From: Rhizophagus irregularis
Lineage: Eukaryota
Assembly (NCBI RefSeq): GCF_026210795.1
Contig: NC_089433.1
Span: 3,596,001-3,660,000, forward strand
Length of the DNA: 64,000 nt
Direction of reading: 5' to 3'
The position numbers and the translations under genes were made by a program. The notes below the pieces were generated by a model. The model saw only the letters and a list, made by a program, of their open reading frames with translations. It was not told the origin of the DNA and searched no databases. Below are positions 11,874 through 25,708 of this stretch, piece by piece; the stretch's first letter is position 1, and each line of letters opens with the position of its first letter.

Positions 11874-13134
11874 CTAAACGGTAAATGCAGCTCTTAATCG
11901 AGATAAATATAGCACACATATGATAGAGAAAACTGATTTTACCATTGTCAAGACAAAATGTTATTCCTCAGGAAGTTATGTGCAATGACGCAATGTAGTT
12001 AATCACCAGACAGTTATGCGACCGAATAATTACCCTTATAGTATAGTGTTTTATCTGTAAAATAGTTCTTTTCAAGTAACAGTAACATTTTTTTTCAGTA
12101 ATGCACATGTTTCACTGTTACGGTGTCTTACGTTAGCGGACGAAATTAAAAAATATGATATAGCAAAACTTATCGCGAAGTCAAGATCTAAGAGATGACT
12201 CGATCAGAATTTTAGAAAATAATTTTAATGACCGTACCTTCCTCAAGTTAACAAGTAGGATAAAAAATATGAAACCAATTGTAGAAACATACACTGGGAG
12301 TAAATTTCTACAATCTTGCACATGGCATTAAATCTTCTTGAGGGTTTGATGATCACATCACAATTGATGAAGAAAATATTTGTCATGTCGACTATGCGAT
12401 AAAAAGAAGGCTTAAATAATTCGTTCGAAGAAATAATTTCAAACAGATTCAGACAACAATGGAGATATGTGATTTAATATTTTCATTCGTTAGTTTATTT
12501 ACGCTTACAGTTGATTATGAGCACGAAATATCTTTATATAAGGATCCGCCTTTTTGACTTTTTCTAACTCATGGCGCATATCCAAATTATCAGTAAATAC
12601 ATTACCCGATGAATTAAAAGTGATAATGAGTGTTTGATAAAAATATATTTTGGTTACTAGCTTATTGTAGATTCGATCATTAGTGATCAAACAGACCGCA
12701 GCAAAATTTCACTTTGACGCGTCTTACAATCTTACATGTACTAATAATTTAAGTGAATTTATGTGTCCATTAATTGATATCCGGATAAGATTGGTAAATT
12801 ACGTTGTCTCAGTATACACTTATGTTTATGGTGAATAATAAAAATTAAGTGATACATGATAGTCCAGTCAACAGTCGTTTCACCAACAGTTTTAAAAAAT
12901 AATATTGTATTTAGCTGAGATAAATTATCCATTAACATTAATTTGTACTTATTATATTTTTAAAAAAGGAAGATATTCAATTATAAGAATAAGACTTTCC
13001 TTTTATATGTACTATACATTATCTCATATTATATATAATAATATGGATATGTTTCACGGATTTATTTTTGTATTTTATTTCGATACAAAATTAATAAAAT
13101 TGAAAACTGATCTAAGTTAAAAAAAGATTTGTCA

Positions 13135-14260
13135 AAAGAAATTTGAAGATATGTATCACTAGTAACAATTACATTAAATATAAATTTTTTTTTAAAAAAA
13201 AAAAATTCCATAGCCAATAAGCATAATTTATGGTTAAATTCTACGGCAGATCCATTTCTATCAAACGCGATGCATTTGTCAAAACATACATATTATTTAT
13301 AACATATCATGCATAATATGTTTCAATGTGTTTTATCATATTGAAATCACCTTTAATCTCTTAAGCTATATATGTCTAATTTCTAATTTCTAATGATATA
13401 ATTTTAATCAATATTATACCATACCTATTGACAAAATGATTAAGTTCAGTCAATATGATAAAGAATAGATTGGATTATTATAAAAGTAGTGTTAATTTTT
13501 TTTCATTTTGATATCTCAATGTGTCAGTTTGAGTCATACTATCCACAAATAATTTTTTTTATTTAAGACATTAAACTCTCATCAATTTCTCATCAATATT
13601 TTTTTTATAATATCAATTTTTAAACACAATAATCAATTTTTTTTGCCAATTTCAATATGAGCATATCTGAAAACCACATTGGTCAAAATGACTGTATTTA
13701 ATTTGTAACTTATTATAATATTAATAATTAATCAAATCTTTTAATTATCTCTTAAAATCATATCTAAAAGTCACTGTGATATTATTATTACTTCGAAAGA
13801 AATGATTTTCCTGATTAAAAAGATAAGGTGTGTTTTTTTTTATTTTGCATAAGTTAGGGTAACCCCTAAGCAAATCCGTTTACCTTAGGGAATTTACTGG
13901 GTTCGACAACCTTGGTAACCACTCCAAGTTTCTCAATTCAGGTGTCCTAACTTCTGTCGTTGATATAAGTCTGCTAATTCTGGAGGAGGAATTGGCTATG
14001 TACCTTCTTCTATCCTAAATAAAATTTAAACACACTACTAACAATGTCTTTTATATAACAGGTGACTGTAGAATGATTACATTATGCAAAAATATTGAAA
14101 TGTGAAGTAACTTCAGTATCTGCCGAAAAAGAAAATTTAGTACCTGCTAATTCTTCCCATTCACAAAATATCATTTTATCAATTTGAACTTGATATTAAG
14201 TTTAATATTTATCCATTTTATGAATATGATGAAGAAGAAATTTCAAATAAAATTATTAAG
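13135..14260 (+). pseudogene. Decayed duplicate of the upstream region and 5' part of the bromodomain-nuclease gene
   Basis: Matches about 6390-8000 (ATGAGCATATCTGAAAAC..., GAAAAAGAAAATTTAGTACCTGCT). Has large exonic deletions, loss of the first donor site, and stops. Confidence 0.85.
13828..14061 (+). ncRNA. Structured intron RNA, copy B
   Basis: Nearly identical to 7313-7547; the few substitutions fall mainly in a hairpin loop and outside the main helices. Confidence 0.75.
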
Positions 14261-17200
14261 AAAATCCAGGAAATTAGGCCGTATTAGTCTAGATCTAGAT
14301 TAACCTTTTATTTGTAATAATATACGTTAACTAATACAATAAACGAAAAGAAGAAAATTTATACAGACTTTATCCAAATTTTTTGTAAAACTCTAAGAGT
14401 ACTCCAAGAGTCTAAACATGATTAATTGCATAAGTAACAATTCAGTCGATACTTATTTCTTTATTTAGAAAATGCTACTATGATAGAGATTGAATAAGAA
14501 GCTTCTCATACTGCTTTATGATTGTTCGTAATCAGTTAAATCTCCTGAAATTTCAAATGATTTATGTGACCGAAATCCTTAACCGGGTGAGAACACTAAT
14601 CAAAAAGAAATTATAATAGAATATATCATATTTTTAAAATTATTAAGTATGACACACATTTAATTAAAATGTATTTTATTATCTAAAATCTTTTTCATGA
14701 TGCCGACTACTGATTGGTTTTAACAGAATCATATAATTAAAGCAAAAAGCCAACATCGTTGTTGAAATAGTTTTAACTTGTAAAATCAGCTTTTTTTATA
14801 TATTAACGAACATTACTAACTGTTGTTTTTTCTCTTTGTCTTCTCTTCTCTTTTCTTTTCCTTAGGTCTTCTTTTTTTTCGATTAAGTAATCTTAAACAT
14901 GGTTGACGATAAGTAACTCATAAGATGAAACTAATAAATCAAGAATATCTTCACCCGATAGGTCTTCTCTTTTCTTTAGGTCTTTTTTTCTTTAGTCTTC
15001 TTTTGCTTTTCGATTATGGTTGAATAATTGTAACTCATCAGCGAGTATATCTTCACCCGATAGATCTTTTACATCTTTTTTTAGGTATGTAGGTTGAGAG
15101 TGTGGATTATGTATGGGTGGTGGTGTCCTCACTCTTCTCTTATTTCCCCTCTTTCCCTTTCCCTTATTCCTTGCTCTTTCCTCTTCCCCTCTCTCCTTTC
15201 CCCCCCTGATCACACCTCAACGTTGGTGTCAGGTGACAAGAAGATTTTTAAAAGACTTGGCTAAGTCAGCAAAAAATATTAACGCTTTGCACTTTTATTA
15301 AATATATATATAACTATAAATTAAAAATAAAACTTTTATTTAATTTCTCATCTATAATTAATTAATTAGTAGATCTAAAATTTATCAAGATTTCCTTAAA
15401 TGAGACAAATGCATATTGTAACTAAAAAATTCCATACCTCGACTATATATACATATATATATACCTCAAATATTCGATGAAAAGGTTGCTTAAGGAAACG
15501 TGTTTATTTGTTTATTTTTTATACATATATATATATACCTGATTGCTGAAGGAAGCGTGTTTACTTTTTTCTTACGATGGGAAAGGTAAAGGACAAGAAA
15601 AGAAAGGGAGAAAGGACGTGGACGAGATAGAGAGAAAGGGCGAAGAGAAAGTGCGTACAAAAGTTAAAATTTTAACTTTAATTAAACATGATAGGTCATT
15701 TTATACTTTATTATAGCTTTTAACAATTGTTAACAACTAGCAAAACTAAAAAATAATAAATAGTTATTGGATGGAAGAGTAGCTATGTCGGTATATAGCC
15801 CCACATCCAATAATGGTGTTATTGTTCTGACGTTTTTGATCAAAATAACATCATAAATAAACTTTATTTAACTTTCTATAAATTTCATTTTTATGCTATT
15901 TTTAATCCACTTTATTAGCTTTATTTAAACTTTTCCTACAAAATATTCGTTCATTTACACCATATTTTTTACTCCATTTTATTATATCAATAATATATAT
16001 CAGTCTATGAAAATCTTGCATGATCCTATTGGCTGAACGATAATAAATGTTAAAAAAACAACTTTACCATTTTGGTCTCAGTTAAGTCGGTATCACTAAT
16101 AATAATTAAATGAAAAAACTTATAATGTATCAATGAAATCATAATAATAATTATATATACTGTATATGTATTTAATAGATCTAAATTTTTTTTATATAAT
16201 TTTCCTCATAATTAATTTCCGACGCTATACATACATATATTCTTAAATGACAAATTTAATATAATTTGCAAATATTACAATTAGTGTAATTTTTTATAAT
16301 TAATATATTCAATCGGAAGTCCGTGTTTTCATTTTTTTTTGTCCCTTAATAAATTTATCCGAATTTTCCGTAATAGTACAAATGAAATAAATTTATCCTT
16401 CGTTGTTATCAATAAGTTAGTTATTGTACGAATGTACCAATCAAGACATACTAAATAGCCATCAATCACATGAATTAATTATATCCAATCAAATGTGCCA
16501 CACGTGACTAATTAACGTGATCGAGTTTAGCAAGAAAAAAAATAACATTTAATTGATTTTGATCTCTTTAACGTTGCTGTTTCCGTAGGCCATTAAAATT
16601 TTCAATTTAAAATTCGTACACTTAAGATTTGAATGAAGCTATCATCCTATGTCACATGGACCTTATAAAGCAGCAGATTCACTGTAAAAATTTTTTACAT
16701 TTATATGATAACATTCCTAGATCACGAATTGTAAAGAAACTATTCTTAGAAGAAAGATACAAAAATAATAAAATCAGCCTAATTATTGCTATTTTCAAAA
16801 AGGCGTTACCAGTTGTATATGAGAATCAGAAGTTAATCATCAAGCTTTTATATAAAGATAAGAAAAATTTTTTTTTTTGCCCGTTAAATTTGATATAGCA
16901 GTTTTATTTTTCCCTGTAGAATTCGTACTTAATTTTATAATGTAATTCAAACAATTCCTTGTCAATATGATTCATTCTAAAAGGAATAAGGATGTTTTTT
17001 AGGGTCGGAATTACAATATTGTCAGCCAGTATCTAAAGAGACAATAAAACTCTGGCTGGTATTATCCTAAAGGGAAAGAACTAAATCTTAATACCTATTA
17101 ATAAATGGTGATGGGGATTATCGAAGACCCATACGGTAATACTGCGGTGACCAATAGGAATTAATATTACTAATACTGATTTCAATATTGGATGTCTCAT

Positions 17201-17401
17201 AAAAATATCTGTTCAGTAAAATCCCGCATATTCCTTCCTAATCGACCGAACAATAACATCGCATTTGATAAGTTGATCATTCCGATCAAATCTCAACAAA
17301 TCCTCTTATCGAATTACAATAATGAATATCGCAAATTTTTTACGAGTTGATAGTAAAAGAAATTTTATGCGTTAATTTATGTATGTCGTATTATGTATAT
17401 A

Positions 17402-17762
17402 TAGTCCACTCGCTTTACAACGAATTTCGATTTAACGAATTTCTTAATATAGCGAACCTTCGGTGTTATATCAATTTTATCATAAAAAATTCTTGTTATA
17501 CCGAAGATTACTAGTAAAATTCTGTATACCGTTTAACGAAGTAACGAATTTTTGTTCATAACGAATTTTTATCGAAGATATATTGTGCGACAACTGTGAT
17601 GCGTTATCGGCGGTTATCCATAATACAAGTATTATAAGTATTATACAACTTACCGCAATATATAAAATTTTCCGAGTTAACCGAATTTCATGTTAACGAA
17701 TTTTCTTATAACGAAGGCCTGATTTGCTAAACCATCACTTCCGTTATAAAGCGAGTAGACTG
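17402..17762. mobile_element. Tc1/mariner (pogo/Fot1-like) MITE
   Basis: TIR (T)AGTCCACTCGCTTTACAACG / CGTTATAAAGCGAGTAGACTG, flanked by TA, with internal AACGAA repeats. Confidence 0.8.
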
Positions 17763-18677
17763 TATACCTCCTAAAACATCGTCCGAATAGGACTTTAATT
17801 TGTATTAGTAAACGTGAAAACCATGTAGCACTATAACGGTATAACCAATAGAATTTTGGTATTTTTTCATGTGATAATTTTAACGCAAATATTCGTTATT
17901 AAGGCATAAAGTGTATCTTTCTTATCAGATTATGCCGAAATGTTTAAACAAAGAATTGAGTTTGTACGACTTTTTAATACAGGTCCCTCATGTAAAATCT
18001 TATCATTCCACGCGTGTAACAGTGTAATTCGCCGTATCATAAGTTGTGATCACCCAAGAGATTTTTGATTCATAGTTATTTTAGGACAAGTAATATTGAA
18101 GGAAACGTAATGTTTCGCTTATTCTCGTAATAAATTTATTAAATAATCGAATGATCGAATAAGCGAAATGTGACGTTACAGTCCTAAAAAGATATTTACT
18201 TTATATTTTTTTCTGAAAAGATCAAATACTTTGTTCCGAACATTGGTTTTTTTTTATAACAAGATTATAGGAATTTTTATTACATGATAAAAAAAAGGAA
18301 AAAAAAATCATGAAAATACAAAAAAAAACTATTGATCTTCTAAAATTTCTAATTAATTCATCAATCAACAATTAATTCCAATAATAATTATGTACAGATA
18401 TGTAAAGCATCGATAATTAATTTAAAAAATCAAAATTATTAACGAAAAAAAAAAAAGAAAAATATTTTTAGTAATCAATACTAAAAATATATTACATATA
18501 TATATATTACCCGTAATTAATACAATCTCAATTATTAACGCGATTAACGCGAACTCAAAAGTAGAAAGAAAAAAAAGGAAAAAAAAGAAAAAAAAATATT
18601 TTATTAGTAATCTTATACTAAAAAAATATATATTTATTTTTTTTTCTTTTCCCCCCAAAAAAAGGTTAAATCCAAAT

Positions 18678-20426
18678 TTAAAACCAGAATTCCGAATCCT
18701 TCAATAAAGGAGAACGAATTTCCAATATTCCTTCTTCAATATACTTTGTTAGAGAATTCATATCATCCCAATCATCATAATAATCACATGATTTACTAAC
18801 AAAATCAAGTTCGGAGTTTGAATCTTTAAACCTTTCATGATGATAAAAATCCAAATCATTGAAATTTCTTTGATAACCATATTGAGAATCCGAATAATCT
18901 GAACCTTCATAATCAGAATCAAAATTATCTACATCAAAAGAATCACAATCATCACTTCTTTTAAGACGACCTATAATACCAATATAGATAACTCTAAAAG
19001 GAGCGACAGATTGTCGTTGTTTCAAAAAGTTTTCCAAAGTACATTTTAATAATTCCCAATCACCTTCTATTATGAAATTAAATATATTACGTGGAGCATA
19101 TTCTCCAAGTATGTTGAGAACGTCATAAGTATCACACGCATCAAATTTTTCCTCAACGAAATTAAGACGAAGATTAACTAATTTTTTGCAACGTTTACAG
19201 AAATTCATTAATTGTGATTGATTTGCTGGATCGATAGAACTTTGGAATGAGATTATATTTGGACAATTATTTGCCACAGCTTCTAATATTAAACCAGATT
19301 GTTCATTATCAACATTATTTTCTATTTCTAATTTAATATCAGTTAATTTCCCACCATTGTGTCTAATAAATTTTGATATTTTACTTAAATCTAATGAAGT
19401 TGCTTTGATATATAATTTTGTAAGTTTTCTAAATTTATACATTGTTAACTTTTCTTCTATATCATGAGGCATATCATCAACGAAACATAAAGATAATTCT
19501 TCTAAATTTTCACAATTTCGAAAAGTGTCGAATGGAACGCCTTGAAAACCAAAAATCCTTAATTTAGTTAAAGATTTAACTTGTTTTTCTAACGCTTTAC
19601 CAATTTCTTTACATTCATATTGTAAATCATCATCATCTTTATCATTACAAATAAATTCTACACGACGTAAAGATTGTTGAGTTTTAATGAATTCTGATAA
19701 ACCATTACAACCATCAAAATATTCTGGTGCGGATTGAATTTTAAGGGTATCCAAATTTGTTATTAATTGAGAAAATACGAAAAAAAGTTGATCGGTCGTA
19801 AAACCTGCCGAACATTCAAATTCTCGAATATTTGAAAATAAATTATTAGGAGTAGTAAGTAAATAAGTGAAATTAAATACTGGTAATTGCTCAGAATCCA
19901 TATCCATTAAATCTTCAACGCAACGAATTTTTGTGATATGAGGACACTTATTAACGATAACTCTATACATTTCTTGTTCCATAAGATAACATTGAAATCT
20001 AGTTTTACCACTATGTTTTCCACTACGGAATAACCAAAATGATACAGCTAAACTAAATCTTACTATATCAAAAGTATTAATAAATTCTAAATAATTAAAC
20101 ATAGGTTTTTTGGTATTACTTTTTGGTAATTTTACTCCATTTCGAATTAATAAAGAACGTGATTCTTCAGGTAATTGGTTAATAAATGCACATAATAATC
20201 CTAATGCTTGTTCCCTTTCTTCTGTTTCGGTTTCAACATTATTATCATATAGACTTAATGCATCCGTCTTCTTTATTAGCATCGCCAAAGGATCTTTCCA
20301 TAGAATTTGCACGGCACTTTCACACCACATTCTATTAACCAACATACAATGATATAATGAGTTATTATCATCAGGAAAGCACTTAAAAATTTCTCCAAGA
20401 CAATCCGAGATTAGACCGATTGTCAT
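18678..20426 (-). CDS. F-box domain / LRR (RNI-like) protein
   Basis: 582-aa single ORF. N-terminal F-box LISDCLGEIFKCF...LYHCMLVNRMWCESAVQILW, then LxxLxL repeats and an acidic C-terminus. Confidence 0.88.
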   Translation of the reverse strand: MTIGLISDCLGEIFKCFPDDNNSLYHCMLVNRMWCESAVQILWKDPLAMLIKKTDALSLYDNNVETETEEREQALGLLCAFINQLPEESRSLLIRNGVKLPKSNTKKPMFNYLEFINTFDIVRFSLAVSFWLFRSGKHSGKTRFQCYLMEQEMYRVIVNKCPHITKIRCVEDLMDMDSEQLPVFNFTYLLTTPNNLFSNIREFECSAGFTTDQLFFVFSQLITNLDTLKIQSAPEYFDGCNGLSEFIKTQQSLRRVEFICNDKDDDDLQYECKEIGKALEKQVKSLTKLRIFGFQGVPFDTFRNCENLEELSLCFVDDMPHDIEEKLTMYKFRKLTKLYIKATSLDLSKISKFIRHNGGKLTDIKLEIENNVDNEQSGLILEAVANNCPNIISFQSSIDPANQSQLMNFCKRCKKLVNLRLNFVEEKFDACDTYDVLNILGEYAPRNIFNFIIEGDWELLKCTLENFLKQRQSVAPFRVIYIGIIGRLKRSDDCDSFDVDNFDSDYEGSDYSDSQYGYQRNFNDLDFYHHERFKDSNSELDFVSKSCDYYDDWDDMNSLTKYIEEGILEIRSPLLKDSEFWF

Positions 20427-22438
20427 TTTGATGTTATATTTAGTTTATAATATTTATTATTATTAAAAGAAAAACTTTTTTTTTTTTTGTTAAAAAAGAA
20501 AAAAAAAAATTATGTGCGGGGAAAAAAATGTGCGGTAGAAAAAAAAATTTTTTTTTTTTTTTTTTATTTTCACAAGAGACGCTTCAATCGGGATATGGAG
20601 TTAAGTTATTTTTTGTATTACATGTAAATTTTCACACATTACATTACTTGTTAAAAGTAGCACTAAACTGCAAATAAAATTATACATATATATTTTTTTT
20701 TTACTAAATTTATAATTATATCCCCTTTTTTCTTTTCCATTTTGATATTTTCTTTGTCTGTTTTAGGGAAGAAGGTCATATAAAAATTTTGAAAAAAACT
20801 GCAAGAATCAAGTTTCTATTGGGAGAACTTTACCGTATATAAGCGGTAAATATTGTAAACATTCACTTTATTAATATAATTGTGTTCATCAACTAAATTT
20901 ACATTTAACTTGTGTAACCTGGATAACTAATTTAAGATTAAATTAAATAATAAATATTGCAAAATGAGAGTAATAAAGATGCAAGATGCAACCCAAAAGT
21001 GTTACAAAGATGAAAAAACTTTATCTCATCAAAATTTTCACATGTTCGAATGTAGGTTCCATTGTTAAATAAAACATTTTTTATCGTATTACCGCAGCAT
21101 TTAAAACTTTGAAACCTTTTTTTTTTTTTTGGATTAATTAGAGAAAATTTCCAAGAATTTTTTTCAAAAATTTCAATAAATGATGTCAAAAAAAATAATT
21201 GAATATTGACATATGCAAATTGGCTGAATTACTTTCTATGAGCCCAAAATGTTATTCATTTTAAAATATGCACAATATACATTTCTTTTTTTTTCCCCTC
21301 ATCCCCCTCATCCCCCTCATCAAAAGATAAAAAAATGAAAAAAAGTATTGATAGATAAACCGGTAAATGTTTGATGTTTGTCTTCAAAGGGATAATGTTT
21401 TTGGTTAAATTGACTCATAGTAAAAAAAAGGAGTTTATCAAAATTTGTGTAATCAGTTCGTGTTGCAATATAAATACTACATCATAAATTGATGATCATG
21501 TACCGTGTGTGCATATTTTTAAAATTAACAAAAAAATAACAGGAATTTTAAGTTTAAATTTCAAATAATTTTGATAGCTATTACACGTGATTTAATAAAA
21601 AACTTGAAATTTGTAACACTCTAATATTTCAAGAAATTCCGGATTATCTGCAAACTTAAATCCAATAAAATTCTTCAACTCTAAAATTAGAAAATTCTAA
21701 ATTTGATACGAAAAACTTGATGAATAGTAACAATTATATTTGCAGTATTAAATAATTCAAAATTAACCGGTTAACTGGCTATACTTAATTCCGGCTTAGA
21801 ATTTGTCTATATTTCGTCGTCAATTCCAACTTTCGAACATTATTAACTTATTATAAGTTTATATATTTATTATAAGCAAGTTTTGAATGTCAAAAAGTAT
21901 CGTGGCGTGATTAACCACAGATGATTTACGTTAATTGAATTTTATTTATATAATTTTATTTTTGTTCGATCTAATAATGTAATAATTATTAAATATTATA
22001 TGAATTTTCTTTTAAAGTATAATTATTAAAAATATTTTCGATAAAAAAATTTCTTTTGAAAAATAATTTGCAGAGATTTAGGAACTTATTAAAAAAAAAA
22101 AATAATTATTATAACATATCCAGAATATTTGTATAACTAATAATAAAAGGAACGGAAGAAATTTTTTGTTGGACGTGTCACATACACTCATACAGTATCA
22201 AGTATATAAAGTATTTATTAATCACAATCAAAAAATTCAGTAGACTTTTTACTTATATGGAGCTGTTAGAATTGTTTATTGGGAACAGTTAAATTGGGAT
22301 TTCAGAATTAAACCTTATTCAAATTATATAATCATTTTTTGAATATCGTAATACTTGTAAAATTAAGCATTCACAACAATTCTGTTTTTTAATAATCAAT
22401 AAAATATTATTCAATATATAAATTAGACTTTCATACTA

Positions 22439-22610
22439 CAGTCAAACCTTTATATAACGATATGTCGGGACATATATGAAATATCGTTATATCAAAGTTA
22501 TACCGATATTTATATGTCCTCACATATAGTGGAAAATAAAATTTTATCGGTATATCAAGTTTTTAATAGTATATCGGTATATCGAATATCGGTATATCGA
22601 GGTTATACTG
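22439..22610. mobile_element. pogo/Tigger-like MITE
   Basis: TA|CAGTCAAACCT...AGGTTATACTG|TA with internal ATATCGGTAT repeats. Confidence 0.75.
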
Positions 22611-23557
22611 TATTGCCAATATGATATGTACTACTCGGTTTTTAAATCAGATATTTTACAATCCACATACTACACGCAGTGTTATTAGCGAATTTAATCG
22701 AGCTAACCGTATACAATCATTGATTGGTTCGAATCAATACTCGAGCATTGTATGTTGGACTCATAAAAAAAAATAGAGTAGCGAAAAATTATCAGAACAC
22801 GTGATATTTGGCCAATAAAATGCATTTCACGTGTTAATTTTTTTACGATGTCAAGTATTTTAGTTTTCTCCAAACATTATTTACAAAGTTACAAAGCCTT
22901 TTTTTTTACATTAACTAGTAAGTTATTTTGCAATTTGAACTTTAATAAGTAGTTTATCTATCTTGAGGTCTTGAGGTCTGATTTTTTTTTTTTTAGGAAT
23001 TTTATTATTAATGCAAGAAATGGCCTCGTAAGTCGTAACCTTGTTAATGAAATCGTATCCTTAATCTTTATATGCTTTTTTTCTCAAAATGCGGAAACGT
23101 TAAAGCTGCAAATCTAATTGAACATGAAATATAAAATATATATAATGGGTAATCAAAATCATGTCGTATTAATACTTTGCTAAATTAAAATCATTTACAT
23201 TATCATTATTACATTATAGAAATTAATTGATATTATCGTCATTATATTAATTTGTATATATTTGCATTATTGTAATATTAAAATTTTAACTTATATATAT
23301 TGTTGTCATATTTATAAAAAAAATCTCAATTAATAATTTTTTTTAAATAACTTAACATACTTTTTGTTGACCACGCACCCCAACGTGTTATCTGTTATGG
23401 TATTTTCAGTACGATCTATGATGTTTTTGCAGGCATTAGTTAAATCCTAGACTCATTCTCAGGTCAACATCTGAAAAAAAAAGATGTATTTGTAAAAAGA
23501 AAAAAAGAAAATTATAATTACGTGTAGCTATACAGTAGCACTTAAGGTACTCAAAAA

Positions 23558-24139
23558 TAGGGATGGCAACGGTCACGGTCATTAACTGGTTATGACCGGT
23601 CATGACCATGACCGATATCGGTCGGTCAAAGACCTCTGACCGACCGTTTGACCGACCGTTTAACCGATCCTGAAAATGTTTGCGAAACGCAAATTTCAAA
23701 ATATACGGGACACTTGAGAAATTTGATTGTCAGGTTGTCGGGTAGCCGGGTTACTCGGCAGTAGGTTATTATATAATCTGATATACTAGTATTCATTATA
23801 CTCGTCACGTGTTATTTATACTTTTCTAATAAACAACCTACTGCCGAGTAACCCGGCTACCCGACAACCCGACAATCAAATTTCTCAAGTGTCCCGTATA
23901 TTTTGAAATTTGCTGTAATAAAAAATGTTTCGCAAACGTTTTTTTAATTATTTTAATAGAAAACGTTGCGAAAATGTTTTTATTAAGTATTTCAAACGTT
24001 TTTTTATTAAATTACGTTTCGCAAATGTTTTCAGGATCGGTTAATAAACGGCCGGTCAAACGGTCGGTTGGTCAGTCAAAGGTTCTTGACCGGTTATGAC
24101 TGACCGATGACCGACCATGACCAACCGTTGCCATCCCTA
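23558..24139. mobile_element. hAT-family fold-back MITE
   Basis: TIR TAGGGATGGCAACGGT / ACCGTTGCCATCCCTA, perfect 8-bp TSD CTCAAAAA (23550-23557, 24140-24147), and GACCG/CGGTC subterminal repeats. Confidence 0.92.
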
Positions 24140-24591
24140 CTCAAAAACAGTGATGTGGCAGTTACAAGTCATTGGATGGGACAGTCCAGGACTTGGATAA
24201 GTTACTGTTGATGTCTGGAACAAAATCTCATTACAAGAGGATATATGATTTATATAACATTAATAAATTGGGACAATATCTTGGGACGGGACATCAAATT
24301 TTTGTGGGAGAAAGAAGTTGTTCGATCTGTGTATCCAAAAGAAAATTTCGTTTATCAAATTTAAACTCTAAAAAATATTAACTATGTAAAATACTAGGTA
24401 ACTTGATATACTTTTGATTTACATAGTTGACCGCGCACCCCCAATAACACGTAAACGATTATCGATTAGAAGTCGGTTAAAATTTTCTAAACCATAATTT
24501 TGGCCAAATTATCTAATGCGACCAAATTCTGATCACGTGTTCTTTGATCTCGAATTTTAAGAACAAAATTTTATACCATGATTTGACATGT

Positions 24592-25708
24592 AGGACCCCG
24601 GATAATTATAATAAAGGTCATATGCAAAAAAAGTATATAATTTTGCATTTTTAATGGAAAGGTCATATGAAAAAACGGGTATTTTAAAAAAAAGTTACAT
24701 GTCAAAATAGAGTACCGCCAAATTAGGTCACAGTAAAAAAAGTATATAATTTTAGACAAAATTTTAAGGTCACATGTGATTTTTCTAATAAAAGCGTATA
24801 TTTAGGAAATATCATATGCAATGTTACATCAATTTTCAATATAAATAGCAAATGAGAAAAATACATTTTATATTAGATAAATTTATCATAATTTATCAAA
24901 TTTACTTAGTTGCTTTGGCTCAAAATGATGGCACAAAAACTGGAAATTTAAAAACTAAAAGATGGCAAAATAGAACATGTTTAGAAGTATTGGAAAGATA
25001 TCAAAATGCCTCAGGTAAAATTCACTGGTTATTGTTTGCAAATTTATATTAATTTATAATTTATATTATAATTTATTTAGCTTTGCTAAGCATTAGCGTT
25101 GCAAATGTTACTTTGGAAAATTCCACCAATCGTGGTGGTTATGCATTTGCACTTTTGGGATTAAAAATTTGACTTGTTCAATTTTTGGCTATGTATCATA
25201 AATTAACAAATTATCATTCTTATGTTGATAGTACTAGCTGTATTGATTCACTTTCTTATATTTCAGTACATGTTTATATAAAACAGATTCCAAATATTTT
25301 TGGATGTTTTCCAATGGATGAACCAAAATATGTTTTGTTTTTACATATTCCTAGTTATTTGATCATTATTATTTAGGAAATTGCGAAAATATTACTGAAA
25401 ATATGGGATTTTTAATTGTAGGAAAAAAAGAAATGGCAATCTATAATTTTTTTAATTCAATTATAGATAAATTACAATTGATTATTGCTACAAAGTCGAT
25501 TAAATGATGATGCTGAATAAATTTAATATGAAATATAATATTGTAAAAAAAAATATTATTAAAGTCATATGATAAAAAAGGATATTTTTAATACGTATAA
25601 AGGTCATATGATAAAAATGTATATCAAAACGGCAAAAATTATGTATATTTCATTGAATTTTTAATTAGTACTGCGGATGTGACCTCTATTATAATTATCC
25701 GGGGTCCT
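24592..25708. mobile_element. Non-autonomous TIR element with AGGACCC termini
   Basis: TIR AGGACCCCGGATAATTATAATA / TATTATAATTATCCGGGGTCCT, 8-bp TSD TGACATGT, and AAGGTCATATG internal repeats. Confidence 0.88.

Noticed and set aside
12505..12690. Minus-strand ORF with DPYIKIFRAH
   Set aside because: Only a ~10-codon BTB scrap, not a gene.
14820..15310. Pyrimidine-rich ORFs
   Set aside because: Low-complexity sequence, probably a repeat remnant with no protein motif.
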